From Lama guanicoe (Eukaryota), in NCBI GenBank assembly GCA_013239625.1, contig MU056776.1, positions 1,240,001 to 1,304,000 on the forward strand: a stretch of DNA of 64,000 nt. The letters run 5' to 3'. The notes below the pieces were generated by a model that did no database searches, was not told the origin of the DNA, and saw only the letters and a list, made by a program, of their open reading frames with translations. A program made the position numbers and the translations under genes. Positions 38,901 to 53,525 of this stretch are shown here, one piece after another; the stretch's first letter is position 1; each line of letters begins with the position of its first letter.

Positions 38901-41900
38901 TCCTTTAAAGTTTTGATTTGATGTAGCCACACACTCTCACCTTGTTTCCAAATAATTAATAAGGTACATTTAGCAAGGAGACTTAAGTAAGAATAGAAAC
39001 TGCAACCATGGAGCATCGATTTGCTTGAAGAAAACTCCTACTGTCCCACACAGAAATAAACGCAGCCACTTTGGCCGCATCCAAATACAGACGACTTCAT
39101 CCAAAGACTGACTTCTGACCCTTGTAGAGCCAGTGACCTTGCAGAGGGTTATTTACTATGAAAAGGGGCCTCCGAAAAGGAGGTTAACATTCATTAATTG
39201 TGACTGTGTTTGTCTCACGAGCCACATCATTCACCTGCCCTCAGAGTTTGTCTAGGTAAGAAATGCTGATGGAGTGAAGATTTTCTTTACTGTTGGGCAG
39301 AGGAAGTAGCACTGCCCTGATAATGAAGGGCTTCAAGGCTTTCTGCCAGCTGTGATAGTACAGTAATAGACCACGTGACATGTAATCCGTTAACTATTTC
39401 TGGCACTTTTCCTCATTTTAAACAATGGTGGGTAAAAAGAGATTTTACCTTAAGTAACTTCTCGCTCAAAAATCCTGAGTCTTTGATGGATGCAATGTTA
39501 ATATTCTTGCTGAGTTTTCCAAAATTAGGGCTGAGCCTGCAAATTCCATATTTGTAAGTTAATTCTGTTTTCAGTATAAAAGGGATCAAGTACCGAGGGA
39601 TGCATTTTTGGTAACTTTTAATCTTCTCCTAATTCTTTATCTCACATGTTATACTGACCTAAAATGAATGAGATCTTATGCTTAACATAGCACTATACAT
39701 TGTAGTTATGATATATGTAAGCAACTCAAGAGATGTCTGGTGGGTTTTTCTTTTGGAAAAGTGTTTTGGGTATACTGACATCAACTTTTGGACTTAATTT
39801 CACCACTGATTGGAACGCTGGTCTGCATTCCACGCAGACAGAATGTTTATCTAGTTTAGATAATATGGGCAACAGCTATGCCAATTGTAAAGAGACAGAT
39901 TTTTCTTTCAACTTCCTTTTTAATTTTGATATTTTCTTTAATATAAAACTATATTACATTTATTTTTTACTTTAAATTTTCTGTTTTTACTTTTTATTTT
40001 TTCTATATAGTGATAGTCATATTTATTTCATAAACTATACTTGATGATATCTTTATATTTTTGATACAGCCTTACAAAATAAGCTTTATTGAGCTAGTCT
40101 ACTTTTCAAATATATAGGGATCACAGACAGTCTTGTAGTTTATGTATGCACATCTCTGTTGCAAAAGCTACGTATGTCGGGTCACTCTACGTGTACACTT
40201 GTGCTTTAATAGGTGTGGAACACATCCATATTTACCAATATGCAAATGAAAATAAACAAATATAAAACACATAATAATTGTTTATCCTTCTCCATTGAGT
40301 TTAAAATCCAGTGTACCTTAGAATAGTGAAAACACATGAGAAATACAATAATTGAAATCCTACCTTAACCAAATAATTAATTGAAAGTAAGAATGCAGGT
40401 CTTTTTACTCTTTTTATTTGCCGTTAACTATTATGCAAAATAATTGACTTTACACATTGATCCAAGAGTTGCATTCATAAAAAAGTATTCAACCATTTAA
40501 GTAACCATTAATTAAATATTTGTGGTGGATGCTGTGCTGGGTAGTGTGTTGCAGTGGGAAGATTATTGAGGAAAATAAATCTTAACAATTAAAGGAAAGT
40601 AGTTATTTAGATTTTGAAATAGAAATACTCATGAGACACACACAAAGTAGAGTGCTTACCATAATTTTGCAAAGCAAAAAATAGAACGTTATGTCTGGAA
40701 TTGGTTAATTTAAGAGTCAGTCATTTAAACTCCCCTCCTGTATTTCCTGAAACATAGAATGAAGCTTTGAGATTTATATTTGTCTGGTCAAATATAGTTT
40801 GTATTATAAAAGGAAGTGTCTTAGACGACACCTGATACTTTACTGCATTCCGTAGGCATTAAAGTCAATTCTTGCCGGTTATTGGTAAGTGATGTGCTAA
40901 CGAAAGCAGCTCTGGGCTCTGATGCTAGCGGAAAAGGGTGTTAGGCAAAGGCAGCTGTTCTTCATCATGTATATAGAGAAACAGTAGCATTACTTTTATG
41001 GATATGGGTTACTTCTTACAGGAGACAAAAAGGGGAAACAAAAAAATATATATATACACGGTAATGTCCAGAACGCAAAAGAGCAGAAATCTGTGTCTTG
41101 CTGGTTTTGTTCAGTATTCAGGACACTGATGGCGTGTGTTATCAAGGCTGCACACATGTGAATACCCAGACTAGGAAGAGGCTTCTGAAATACTTTGTTT
41201 CACATTACTTCTGTGAGAGTAGCTTCAAGAGTCTAGCTTCCGAGCACATTACTAGTAATATTTTCCTTTCCAAAGATAAGCCCCAGAAAGGCAATGTTGG
41301 CCTGTCCGGTTACAGGTGCAGACAACTACAGCTTTACTAAAACTGGCTGTGACAGGGAGGGAAATGTGTTCACAGACCGGAGGGCTTCCTGATCGGAATT
41401 GCAATGTTCCTCTTCAGTGAGCCAGAAACCAGATCTCCCTTCTCCCACTTTGCTATGCTAAATTACGTTCATATTTAAAAGAAAAATATCCCTTACACAT
41501 TTTTGGGTTCAGAAATGAAGACTGTAAGTACTTTCAATAATCCAATATTACTTTTTAGAAAATATGGTGTTATTTTTCTCTTTTTATTAAAAAAAATTTT
41601 GAGATCAAATATAAAAGTTGTTATGTACAATGAGGCATATTGATCTTATATTTTCCTAATTAAAAATATAAGGGTAGCACCCTAAATACATTTATTTTTC
41701 TATCAGATCAGATATAAATGAGATACCCAGACATAGATACAACCAGATTTTTTTTCTATTTTAAATCTTAGTACTTATTTTGAAATAAATGAATTATCTA
41801 ACGTGCACCCATTTGCATATGCAAGGAGGTACAGTGTGCCCTTATTTATAATGGTGAAAACATGAAATAAATTAGATGACATTGATGATGGATTGCTTTT

Positions 41901-42166
41901 TTAAAAAACAGTGAGATAACTAATTTGATGAAAAATTGTGTGTTTATTAACAGCATGTCATCCAATTATATTTAAAAGCCGAATGGTTATCACTATATAG
42001 TATTATTTTCAAACATTGGTTACAATACATTATGAATAGTATGACCTCAATTTACTTAAATCTGTGTAGAAACAAGAAAACTTAAAAATATTATTGGAAA
42101 TGGCTTCTAGATATTAAGGTAATGAGTGAATTTAATTTCTGTAATGATATGTTACTTCTGTATTTA

Positions 42167-42312
42167 TTTTTTATTTGTATATATTTGGGAGGGCTAATTA
42201 GGTTTATTTATTTATTTATTTATTTATTTTTAGAGGCGGTCCTGGGCATTGAACTCAGGACCTTGTGTGTACTCAGAATGCACTCTGTACCAATTGAGCT
42301 ATATCCTCTGCC
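42167..42312 (-). mobile_element. Camelid tRNA-derived SINE (Vic-1-like), full length, 14-bp TSD
   Basis: Minus strand ggcagaggatatagctcaattggtacagagtgcattctgagtacacacaaggtcctgagttcaatgcccaggacc (A and B boxes), (TAAA)n, cctaattag, A-rich tail; TSD tacttctgtattta at 42153-42166 and 42313-42326. Confidence 0.92.
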
Positions 42313-42511
42313 TACTTCTGTATTTAGATGAAACATTATACATTATTTTCTGGACTGAAGTGCTCCCCATCTCCTAGTGTTGTTAGTGAGGTATGTTATC
42401 AACGAACTAACACATGAGGTGTGTGCAATGAACTAGGAATTCCCTTCTTAAAGCTAGAAATCTAAGTCTCTACGTTTCATTTAAAGAAAAAAAAATTTAA
42501 TAATCTAAATT

Positions 42512-42914
42512 TGTATTAAACAAAATTATGGGAGGAAAAAGAAAGGAAAACATACGTCCTCCTTTTCTTTCTCAGATCCTCTACATGACTAGGTTGACAT
42601 CAATTTAGAATTTAACCTTTGAGCATATCGTAACCAAATATTTGCCTGTGGAACCCTGCCCCAGACCTGGCTAACGTAGCCCTCTTATCAGACTCTCCTT
42701 AATGTATCTGTTTTTTTATCTTATACCCTCAGGCTTTTTGTTTAGACTGAGTGCTCAAATGATTGGCTCATTAATTGGTGCTAATAAAAAAAAAGCTGAA
42801 AGATAACCTGGGGGTAAGAGAAGAAAGACTGGATTTGAGGCAGTCCCCACTTACGCCGTCTACTCCTCAGCTCTGGTCCAAGAGTAGTTTTATTCCTCGC
42901 TCTTGTGCCTCACA
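42512..42914 (+). mobile_element. Probable ERV1-class solo LTR
   Basis: Starts TGtattaaacaaaattatgggagg, has aataaa near 42783, ends tgtgcctcaCA; TSD not clean. Confidence 0.5.
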
Positions 42915-43019
42915 GTGTAGTTAATTACCTAGTACAAGTTCTGATGAAATTAATATTAAAGGACAGCCTCCTACGACCTGGTACTGCTTTTTCTACAACT
43001 CAAGAATTCACGTCTGAGT

Positions 43020-43310
43020 ACCAGGAGTGACATTCAGCAGTGCCAGAGGGACCAGGGAGAGCAGAATGAGAGGGACATGGTGAAAAATCCTGTTACACGA
43101 GACATGGTTGAGGACTATGGAGTGTTCAGTTGGAAGAAAAGAAGAGAAATAAGGAGGAACATGACAGCTAACTGCCAGTACTTGAAGGTCATCATGTAAG
43201 CTACAGATCCTCGGTATCTCCAGAGAGGAAAATGGGGACAACTTGGTGAAAATCACAGGAAGGCAGTTTTTAAGTGTTCAGGGACGATCTTTCCAGCCAT
43301 CGCAAGTGCC
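43020..43310 (+). mobile_element. L3/CR1 LINE 3' fragment
   Basis: ggagtgttcagttggaagaaaagaaga...gaacatgacagct...tacttgaaggtcatcatgt...cacaggaaggcagtttt. Confidence 0.7.
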
Positions 43311-45020
43311 TAGTCTTTCCACTGATGATCATGCAGAGAGAGGGGGGTGCTTTATCAGCCATTTATTAACATCAGTGCACTGTCTGCCTGCCATCTTCTT
43401 ATTAATCTGCCTGCTTGCTGTCTTCAAGCTGGTGAGATAGTGCCAGTGAATTGGAGATTTAAAAAGTAGAGAGATAAAAGACTAGTTAATTTTGTTGTCA
43501 TCATATGCTAAGTATTTAGACAATTTCATTGTTGATAGCTAATGTTTTTTGTATTGTGACAGAAGAAATTCTTTTAACGTTGTCTTCTCCAAATGTTGAA
43601 AGTTATTTTGTCTGTTGGTCAAAATAACATGAACAATTTGATTGAGGGTTGCAGCATGCTCTCAAGAAACTTGTTAAAACGTGTAGCTTGAGGACCTTGG
43701 GGGAGATAAGAACCCATATTCTGACACCATATATTTTTATTTTCATTTTTTTCTTTGTTAATACAACTCACAGTATTCCTGAGCAATTCCCACAGCTTCT
43801 TTTTTAAAACCATGAGCCCATAATTCATAATTGTACCAGATAAAATGGCCCTTCATCAAGTTCTCAATCTATCTTTTAAGTCAAATATGAGTCAAATTCA
43901 TGCCGTAATATTCTGCATATTCTGGTGCTCCTGGACCATCATCTTCTGCTGTCTGCCCACTTTTCATTTGATCTCTCCTCTGTCTCTTCATCTGGGTCAT
44001 AAAAGAAATTCATGAGTAACCCCTTCTAGTTATAACTCACTCTCTCTTAGACTTTAATTCCTTTTTTATCTTTTAATCTGCACTATATTTTATGGCTGGC
44101 TTACAACTTGAAAGCTTTTAAAAAAAATACTATATGTGGGACACTCCATATAACAACATATTCACCGAAATAGTGAAAAGGAATAATTTTAGTGTGATGG
44201 GAGAATCCTCATGGTAAATAATAGATTTATAAATGAATTAAAAGATACAGCTTTCATTTGGAAATAATGGCATAGTTAATTCTATTTTTGTCATCAAACA
44301 TGTATTTTAAAGTAACATCAAATTTTATCAACTTAAGTAATAGAAATGCCTCCAAGTTATAGACATATATTGTGCAGGTAGTGAGTTAAGCTCAATGCTC
44401 CATAAAGCATGCATTAAAACTATAGTTTAGTGATATAAGGGTTTTTTATCTTTCATTTTATGTATTACTCTGAAAAGTTCAAAGGGGTTACTAAACAGAT
44501 CACTATCCTATACATTAATGATAATGCATATGTTATTTTTCTTTTTTGATAAGCTTTAGAACTCATGTCCAACTTTTAAAGTTTTTTTTCTAAATGAAAA
44601 CATACACCACCATACATCACCATGAGAAATATAACTTTAACTTTTTCAAATTCAATCCTTAGGTTCCATTCTCAAGACAGAAACTTACATAAAGAGAAAA
44701 TTTGATAGAAACTTAGGTGAAGTAAAGTTGATAAGTCTGTCAAAGTTTAACCTCATCAACTATGAATTTATTCAGGCTCTTTTGTCTAGAATTACAACGT
44801 ATGTTTGTATAGAGGAATCGAAAGGCATCTATTCCAAATCTCCCATTTTGTAGAAGAATAAAAACTGAGGTCAAATTGTTTGCCCTATAAATTGTCATTT
44901 GTTCATCAATTGGGAGATGACTAGCGGGCATATGAAATCTAGTAAAGTCTGAATTTTGTTTAGCTGCAGTACATTTCTGACCTGATCAACTGGATGACAA
45001 AGGATCTAGAGGAACCAGCA

Positions 45021-45221
45021 GAACAACACAGGGAAGAGGGGCGCCTACCCTCTACGCAGTTGGAAATCCAGGTTTAATTTATAGTTGGCTCTCAGTATCC
45101 AGTTTCACATCCCTGGATTCAACCAATTTTGGATTGTGTAGAACTGCAGTATTAATTATTGAAAAAAATTTCCATATAAGTGGACCTGCACAGTTCAAAA
45201 TTGTTGTTGAAGGGTCAACTG
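45021..45221 (-). mobile_element. MER8 (Tigger2-derived MITE)
   Basis: ggggcgcctaccctctacgcagttggaaatcc...ggattcaacca...atataagtggacctgcacagttcaaa...tgttgaagggtcaactg (TIR cagttgaccctt). Confidence 0.88.
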
Positions 45222-45944
45222 TGCTGTAGGTGTCCAAGTCTTTTATTTCTTTAACAATTACTAAAACTCAATCTCAGCCTAAATGACTGCAACAATGAAT
45301 CACAGCACAAAAGGAACAAAGTCTTTATATTAAATCACAGGGCTAATACACAAATAGCACATCTTTCTCCATCAGCTAAGATTATCTAAACAATAATGGT
45401 GACAATTGCTGCTGCTTTAGAGCCGAACATGCTGTCTATCAGTGTACATGGGGATCTGTGAGCACTTCTGCAAATATTGCAGTGACATCTCTTTGAGTTC
45501 GTGAAGTCATCAATAATCAAGATCACTTGATTCCAGGTAATGTGAACTGATACAACAAGTTCTCGACAGTATTGTAATGGATTTTCCAGAGACAGGACCT
45601 CAGTACAGTCCTTGCTTCTGCAAAAGGTTATTCTCTTCCTTGAACCTAAGAGTAGAATCATATACTCTTCTGTAGACTTCGCAGGGCTTGATGTGTCGGG
45701 ATCACTCACAAGCTAGTAATTGGTTTCTTGTATTCCTTGGCCACTGTCATTAACAGCTCTCAAGTCACTTTTGATTTGAAGCTGCTCCTTTGATTTCTGT
45801 AACAGACAGTGAAGCAGCGTCACTACCATAAACGTTGAGACAAAGGGACGTTGAATGTTTGGCCTGAGTCAAGGGTTATAATAAAGACTTCACTGGAAAC
45901 TTCTAACATTGTCCAATCAAAAATGTTTTAAAGTCCAAACTCAT

Positions 45945-46900
45945 TAATTTTTTAATTAACTTATTCAAAAGAAATGTGTTAAGTACCGATTATGTACCAA
46001 ACTCCATAGCAGGTGCCAGAATTAAAAAAGAACCATAAGCTGTCTTCACTGTGTGTGGTGCTTGCTGCCTAGTCAGAGACCTGACATGATGCTCTGTGAA
46101 CACATGGAAATGAGTTTCTGCAAGAGGGGCTTATTGAAGCCACCTTGAATTCGGGCTGAAGTCCCCCTGGGTGAAAGGAGACATGTCTGATATCCACAAC
46201 GCATCTATAAAGAGCAGGATATGAAGTAGCATTATGTCTTAGGGAAGTCATATTGTATTGAGACAGCAGAAAATGTCACAGAGATAAACCTGGAGATGTA
46301 AATAGAGGCAGATTCACGAAAAGCGTTAGAGATGGTGCTGAGGACAAAATCAAATTTGCATTTTTGAAAGATGAATGTAGCTTTAAGGACACAATGGGAA
46401 TGTAGTAGGTGTGATAATGGGCAAAGGGGAAATTATTAATTATTTTAACGCTATCATCCAGGTGAGAAGCAGTAACATTTTGAAGAAGAGTAGTGGCAGG
46501 ATGAAGAGGACAAACATACTTTAGCAACGTTTAGTCAATAAAGGGGATTGGACTGGAGGCAGACAATGTTATTTGTTTTTTTGATTTAGAATGTAGCCAA
46601 GAAATTGGGTACATCTTGGTTAAGTTAACATGTAGTTTTGCTATTTAAGCAACTGGAAAATGTTAATGATGGCCCGGTCACTAGTACCTAGAGACAAATA
46701 TGAGTGACATTGTAGCGTTAGGCACATAGGATGAGTGACAAACCTTGGGGTGCACGAACAATTAAAGGGCAAGGAGAGGAAAAGGGACCATAAAGAAGAC
46801 TAAGAAATGGTGATCAAGGGAGAAAGCAGAGAGCCAAGAATAAATGATGCTGATGAAACCAAACATAGTTGGAAGCAACCTGAAAAAAGAGATTTGCATC
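45945..46900 (-). mobile_element. L2 3' region, decayed
   Basis: Reverse L2 tail (ttattcaaaagaaatgtgttaagtaccgattatgtacca) followed by typical purine-rich antisense body (atcatccaggtgagaagcagt). Confidence 0.65.
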
Positions 46901-47647
46901 AACCAATTAAATTCCCTCAGAGAAGACAGGAAAACATGAGGAGCCCCTTTCAGGGGTGGTAGGGAAGGTCAGCCAATCAGAAGCAGTAGGGGGAAGCTGA
47001 AGGCATGCCTAAAAGTGCTAGTAGGCTCAGGAGAAAGCAAGACTTCAATTAAGAAAAAGAACTGATGAAAATTCCGTGCAAGTGTAACAATGAATGAGTT
47101 TGTCTGTAGTACTCCCAGCGGTAGACTGGGTTATAAGAAGTGACTGGGAAGCAGGCAATAGTGGAAGAAACTAGAAGAAGGGACTTACATATATATACTT
47201 TATAAATACTTTGCAAACTCCTTATGGAATTCAGATACAGGTTTCCAGTTCTTGGATGAGAGGCTCAGAATTATTACCCAAAAATGAATTGGCAGAGCTC
47301 TAATTTTTGTTGAACAGTGAGTAAAACATATTTCCTGGAGTGGAGGTTTGGAGAAATTGAAGAGTTAAGGTTTAGAATGAGAAAACAGATGGATATCAGA
47401 CGATGAACAGTCTTGAAAGAACTCAGAGTGCATGTAGTGATTCATAACATATCACTGAAGGATTTGGACAGAGCCATAATGTGTTCAAAATCCTGTAGCC
47501 AAGATTGACCTGCAGTAAAGGAAAAGTTATTTAGGAAAGAGGTAAGGTTGGATTCTGTTTCAATTTGTAGAACACATTACTGGAATTAAAAGGAAACAAG
47601 GAAATCTCAGCCCATAATAAACTTTATAGTTAAAGCTGAAGAATTTA

Positions 47648-47850
47648 AATAACAGTTTTGATGGGAGTTCTCCATGTGCCAGTTATTATGCTAAGCAATT
47701 TACATGCATTAACTCATAAATAAGTTCCCTGAGTTGCCTATTTATACTCCCATTTTTTATTTGAAGTAACAGAGACTTAGAGTATTTAAGTGACTTGCCA
47801 AAATTTTGTTAATTTGGAAGTAACAGAAAACCCTGATCCAATTCAAAGTA
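47648..47850 (-). mobile_element. MIR SINE
   Basis: atgtgccag...atgctaagcaatttacatgcattaactcat...cccatttt...aacagagacttagag...ttaagtgacttgcc. Confidence 0.75.
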
Positions 47851-47859
47851 TAAAATCTC

Positions 47860-48300
47860 ACACAAAACTGGATGTATGGTCTCAGATCATCAAGATGCTT
47901 CGAGGCTGAGCTGTAATCCTTTCAGAGCAAGACTCTCATGACCTTTCCTAAGATTCCTGTGTGTGTGGCCTCTTGTGTGCCACAGTCTCCCCTCAGATTT
48001 CCCCCAAGCTGTTGAAATAATTACAGCAGTTCCAGCCATGTGTACATCAGTGTCCAGAGAAAATGAAAAAAGAGAGCATTTCCTAGAAGTCTTATCAAAA
48101 ATCTCCTCTGGTTTTATTGGCTTGAAATGGGTTACATTTACATTCCTTAACCAACCATTATTAACCAGGGGAAAAAAAAGACTCAAGTTGGTGAGTTTAG
48201 ACTTGAACTAAATGTCTCCATGGGAGCCAAGCTCCTCCTAACACACCCAAGAGTGTGAGAGAGACAGTGAAATACAAGTATGTGTAGGAACAGTGTTGCC
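47860..48300 (-). mobile_element. MLT1 (J/K-like) LTR fragment
   Basis: acagcagttccagcc...tttcctagaag...tattggcttgaaatgggttacat...ccttaaccaa. Confidence 0.55.
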
Positions 48301-48539
48301 CATTAGGTGGGATTAAAATGTGGGGGGATATAATTACATATCCACTAAAATTACATTATTATCCTTACAAAATTTAAATAATTTGCAAAAGGTCATATAT
48401 CCATCTAATTACAGAACTGATTCTAGGATTCAATACTTCTGACTTCTAGTTTATATACCCACCAATACACATACCGCCCGCCCCCGCCACACATATATAT
48501 ACACATACATATGCAATTTGTATTTTTCTTTTTACTAAA

Positions 48540-48574
48540 ACTAGATAGATAGAGTGATAGAAGGATATATATAT

Positions 48575-48606
<32 letters not shown>
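48540..48606. repeat. Compound (GATA)/(TA)/(GA)/(GACAGA) microsatellite
   Basis: Seen directly. Confidence 0.85.
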
Positions 48607-49659
48607 TGGGCAGATAAATGGAATGGATGGCTAGTAAGGTAGATAAATCTTTCTTACTCAACATGGCAGAATCATCCTATCAAATAAAAACAAATCATTT
48701 TGGGTGTGTTGGGTGTTGTTTCAAATAAACTCTGATTAACTGGTCCTTAATACCTTGGCTAAATACATTTGAATCAAAAGTGATTTCTTTATCCTTTGAA
48801 ATATGATGCTGCAAGCCAAAATACAAAGCTTAGTGAATTATAGCTGAGAGCCACTGAGTGAATGAATTCCAAACTCACATTTCATCATGATTTTTATGAA
48901 ATTTCCTGACAACATCTGTGAAAATAATTTCTAAATTGCGTTAAGATGGCACCCTTGTACCATCACTAGAAGTCAGGATTCAGTATGTGTTGCTGGGAGC
49001 AGGCATTAGCATTTGTATTGGTGTTCACAGTCTAAAATTCTTGGCACAGGACAGAGAGATAAAGTGCTCATAAAAATGGATTCACTTATCCATCAAAGCA
49101 CATTTGAATCACAAGGTGTAAATATATATAGTCTAAAATATTTAGGACAAATCTAGGAGGAAAGTTTTATAACCTTAGAGTGCTTTTGGATCATTGACTG
49201 AATAAGAAATTATAAGTTGATGTCACAGCATTACGTGTGCCAGGGAATACTCTGAGGTCAGGCTGAACAGAGTCAGCTCTGAGGGCAGAGAAAAATCAAA
49301 TTGCCTGTTCTGATCCTAGAAGTACAGCTCAAGAGGGAATAACTTCTACTCTGGAGGATTTTTAATGGCATAAGTCTTTTCTAATCCTTAGAAGTTTTGA
49401 TTATTTCAGGCAGATTTGATAAGTTAACGAACTTTTCTTTCTTGGGTGTCTCATAAAGTACTCCAATATCATCACAGTCTGCTTGCTTGCATTTTAATGT
49501 ATTTTAAATACGCATCTCAAAGTCACATTTCTCTAACACGTAGGAGTTCAAATCCAGATCAGTGTTTGAATATTAAGGTATGGGACTTGAAGACAGGAAT
49601 CATACTAGTGTTGCACATTAAGAGTTTGTCACCCTAGGAGAGTAAACGGTGAGTACGTA

Positions 49660-49885
49660 TTATTTATTTTACACACACTCAGATAGCACATGCTATGTGG
49701 AAAACCTTATTCTACTTCTGTATTAATTTTAACTCATTTAATACTGATAGAAAATGGGTACTATTTTTTTTCACTTCTTTTGAATATGAGGAAACTGAAA
49801 CAGAGAGGTTAAGGAATTTGCTCGAAGTCACACAGTTAGCTAGTGGTCGATCTAGGATTCAAGCGTGGGCACCATGGCTCCCGAG
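49660..49885 (-). mobile_element. MIR SINE
   Basis: atgaggaaactgaaacagagaggttaaggaatttgctcgaagtcacacagttagctagtgg...ggattcaa. Confidence 0.85.
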
Positions 49886-52329
49886 ATGAAGATGGCGAGC
49901 ATGATGGCAAGCGATGTAGTCTCTCCTCACTGGAGAAATCTGCTAGAGAAATTGTGCAGGACTGGGCTCCTCCACCAGGGCTGCTCATTGGAGCCACTTT
50001 CAGATAAAGCATTTCTGAAATCTGCCACATTTACAACTTTAAGGGGCAAATATAAGAAGATAATTCACAGACGGAAGCTAAGAGCCAAGTGTTCACAAGC
50101 AGTGCAGTGAAATCTAATATAAAATTGATTAAAGACCCAGTTCCTTTAAAGACTGAGCTTACCTGCTGTGCATCTGTGCTAAATTTTACTTTGTAATTAA
50201 GCTCCGTTTTAGCAGAACTCATGTTTCAACGTCTTATAGTATCCTATGGCTTTATAGCACGTCACGTGTGTGCACACACACTCATTTACTCCCTCTACCT
50301 GACTTGATTCTGAAAATCTGTTTTACATTCTCTGCTGCTTAATGTCTTCTTTATGTTGTAAAATGTACATTTATTGTTCAATCCTGTTTGAACACAAATT
50401 TGAGTATACTTATCATTCTATAACTTCTAAACTCGAATTGTTATAATTTCTTGGTTATAATGCAGTGTATACATAAGGCAAAGGCAAAGAGAAAATGATA
50501 TGCTACATTAAATTCTTATTTCTCATTGTGTTATGAATCAGTCCTGATAAGGGTTAACATTATTCAGAGAATAAATTTATCTTGACTTCCCTTAGGTTTG
50601 TGCCCCATATTGTGGCTAAATCTTGCTTATGTGATTTTTTTTTAAAATGCATTACCATTCATTTTTGATTCTGCTTTCTCAAATGCAAACAGTGATGTAC
50701 ATTAGAACTTCCAGACAAGTTACACTCCCAATTTACTGTGTAAAAAAGACTCTAAAGGCCATAATGAGGTGTGAGGTTGCCCATTTAGAATATTGTGTGT
50801 TTAGTATTTGTGTTTTTGTGTGTACATGTGAGTATTATAAGTATTCACCAATAAATATCTATTTGGGACTTACTTCTACAGATGTGAGATGTACAAAGAA
50901 CGAATGTGGAAAGGCTGCTGATGTAAAACACTTTGTAGTCCATGAGAAGAACACATGATGTATAGAGCTTCAAAAAAATTAAAATGTGCTGAGGCTGGTG
51001 GGAGGACAGAGAAGTGGACAAAATATTTCTGCTTGGGAGCAGAAAAATAAGGATTCAGAAGTGGCAGCGGAGCTGGGAAATCAGAAGTGAGTGGGGTTTC
51101 CCCACATGGTGGAAGCGAATGGCCTCCAGGTAGCAGGCTCACCAGAGTGGGATCGCAGAGGTGTGGAAGCCTCAAATAAACAATGAATGAGTATGTACCA
51201 TCACTCCACGGGGTCTCGGCCGCGCAGCTGGAAGTTAATCTGGGAAGGATAATGAAACTCGTTCACGTCATGCTATTCATAGCACATCAGTGAATTTAGA
51301 TACTGTTTCTTTCAACAGGAATAGAAACTCATTAGAAGTGCTTTTTTTTTTCTAATTCTAACTTTCTTTTTTAATGAATGAGAGTAACATGATGATCTTG
51401 TGTTATGGGACAATGACTCTGACGGTCCCGTGTAAAAGATACTGGACAAGGAGATGCAATAAGATGTTTTTGAACCTTGCACTTGAGAGTGAGGATCCAA
51501 ACCAGTTGAGACAGCTGCAGGGGTAACGAAAAAGCAAAGAATATATTCAATGAATAGAATGTTCTTACACATCTGGGAAATATATATATATGCCATAAAT
51601 TCAATATAATCCATTTATATTTTCAATGTATTTTTAGCAGATTTGCTTATTTAATACCTAAATGCAAAATAAATACATAGAATAGAAGCCTGTCATGCTG
51701 GAAGTGGTGTTTGACAGAATAAATTATTATGTAGTGTATTCTTTTTTATTGTCTGTTGAGAGCAGTACCTCATGTTTAGTGGGGACCACTGAACATTTTT
51801 TGGTTGAAAGAAGGAATGGATTGCCCACTTTAGCTGAAATCATGAGGCAGTTGGGCTCAGTTCCACTTCTGCTTCTCTACTATTTTGTACAAGAATGCCT
51901 TTCAGTGTCAATAAGAATGACTTTAATATCATTGGGCCTCAATTCTTCAATTGTGAAATGCAGACACTGTGAAATGTCAGATTATTTTTGAAATTCATCT
52001 CCATTGATAATATTCATTTTAATGAAATCAAATAAAACATAATTATTACACTGTGCACACACAAGCAGAAGTACCCCTTGCGTGGTTGCGTTATGAAAGA
52101 CAGCTGGCTTGCCAACTCTTAGGCTCCAGAACCCACATGCTCATTGTGTAAAATTTAAGAAGAAGAGATATTTAAACCCCCTAATCTCATCAAACATGGT
52201 TGTAAAATACTATTTTTAAGGTAGGTATACACACATGCAGATATAGGTAAACAAATATACATAAAGGAATATCACTTACAGTGACCACAAAACTAGAAAA
52301 TAATCTTTAATAAGCTAAGTCAATGTAAG

Positions 52330-52850
52330 CTAGTGAAGATACTTTTAATAGACGGATACAAACTACGAAAGCAGAATGGGGTAAGAAGGCAAATACAGTT
52401 TACATACATTCCCCCATACACAAAATAAAAACGATGAATAAACACAGGGGGATAAAGTTCACTCCTAATATGAAAAGATAAACATAAGAACGATGAAGAC
52501 TGGTGAAAATGCTGGAAAATACGCTGGGCAGGTAAGAATGTAAACTGAGGCAGTGTTTTGGCCTCAATATCTATCAACATGTTGAATTCATACGCTTTGA
52601 GACCCAGCGATCCCAATGGTAGGAATTCACCAATTGCAGAATTGTTTGTAACAGGGAAAAAAAAACCTCACAAAATTCTCTACACGGAGTGCCCACTCAA
52701 TGGAGAGTGTTTAAAAGTGAGGGTGATGTGCTTATTACTTTAATAATGGTTATATGCTTTTGTAACATGTCTGCCCAGTATATTGCTTACTGAGGAAAGT
52801 CAGGTTCAAGAACACATGAGTAGTTTCATCTCCTTCATGTAAATAAAAAT
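52330..52850 (+). mobile_element. Old L1M (ORF2 end/3' UTR) fragment
   Basis: aatgtaaact...gacccagcgatcccaatggtaggaatt...attgcagaattgtttgtaacag. Confidence 0.6.
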
Positions 52851-53024
52851 TGAAAAAATAGGTTAGTAGGTAAGTAGATAGATAGTTATAATGAGATGAA
52901 TAGTTGCTGGAGGGGTAGCTAAATTCCAGAACATTCCTGAAAGAGGTTTTAAAACAGTGGTTCCCCCATGACCTCTCTTTTTCATCATGTTTCAGTTTAC
53001 AGCGAGGGGGCCTCTGAGGTCCCT

Positions 53025-53525
53025 CTCAACACTCAGCAAGCCCCTGCCTCAGGACCTCTTTGTACCTAGAACTGCCTTGGCATATGGCCTGAGTTTTCAA
53101 AAAAATAAAGAAAGAAAAAGAAAAACTCACTTTATTTAGATCTCCACGTAAATGAGATTTCCTAAAGTTTGCTTTTCCTGATGGCCATATGAAACAGCCC
53201 CTCATCTGTCCCTCTCTGCTTCCTTATACTGCTTCACTGTATTTCTTAGCACTCATCATAATGAGATATCAGAGCTCTCTATGTTTATACCTACATCTGT
53301 ATCTTTGTCTTTATAGCTATATAGCTCTCTACAACTACAGCTATATATTTGTTTGTTTTAAAATCTGCTTGTCTTACCACTCCCCTCTGGATAGAATTCT
53401 TGAGGACTTGAGTGGGTCTCTCAATTTTTTCTACTGTGTTTTCCTAGCACCCTGAGCAGTGTGCCTGGCATGTCATAGGAAACCAGTGAATATTTATTAA
53501 AAGAATAACTAACTGAATGGATGAA
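53025..53525 (+). mobile_element. L2a 3' end
   Basis: cccctgcctcaggacct...ttcctagcacc...cagtgtgcctggcatg...gaatatttatt...tgaatggatgaa. Confidence 0.75.

Noticed and set aside
42240-42312. tRNA gene-like sequence
   Set aside because: It is the tRNA-derived head of a SINE with tail and TSDs, and is too diverged to be a functional tRNA.
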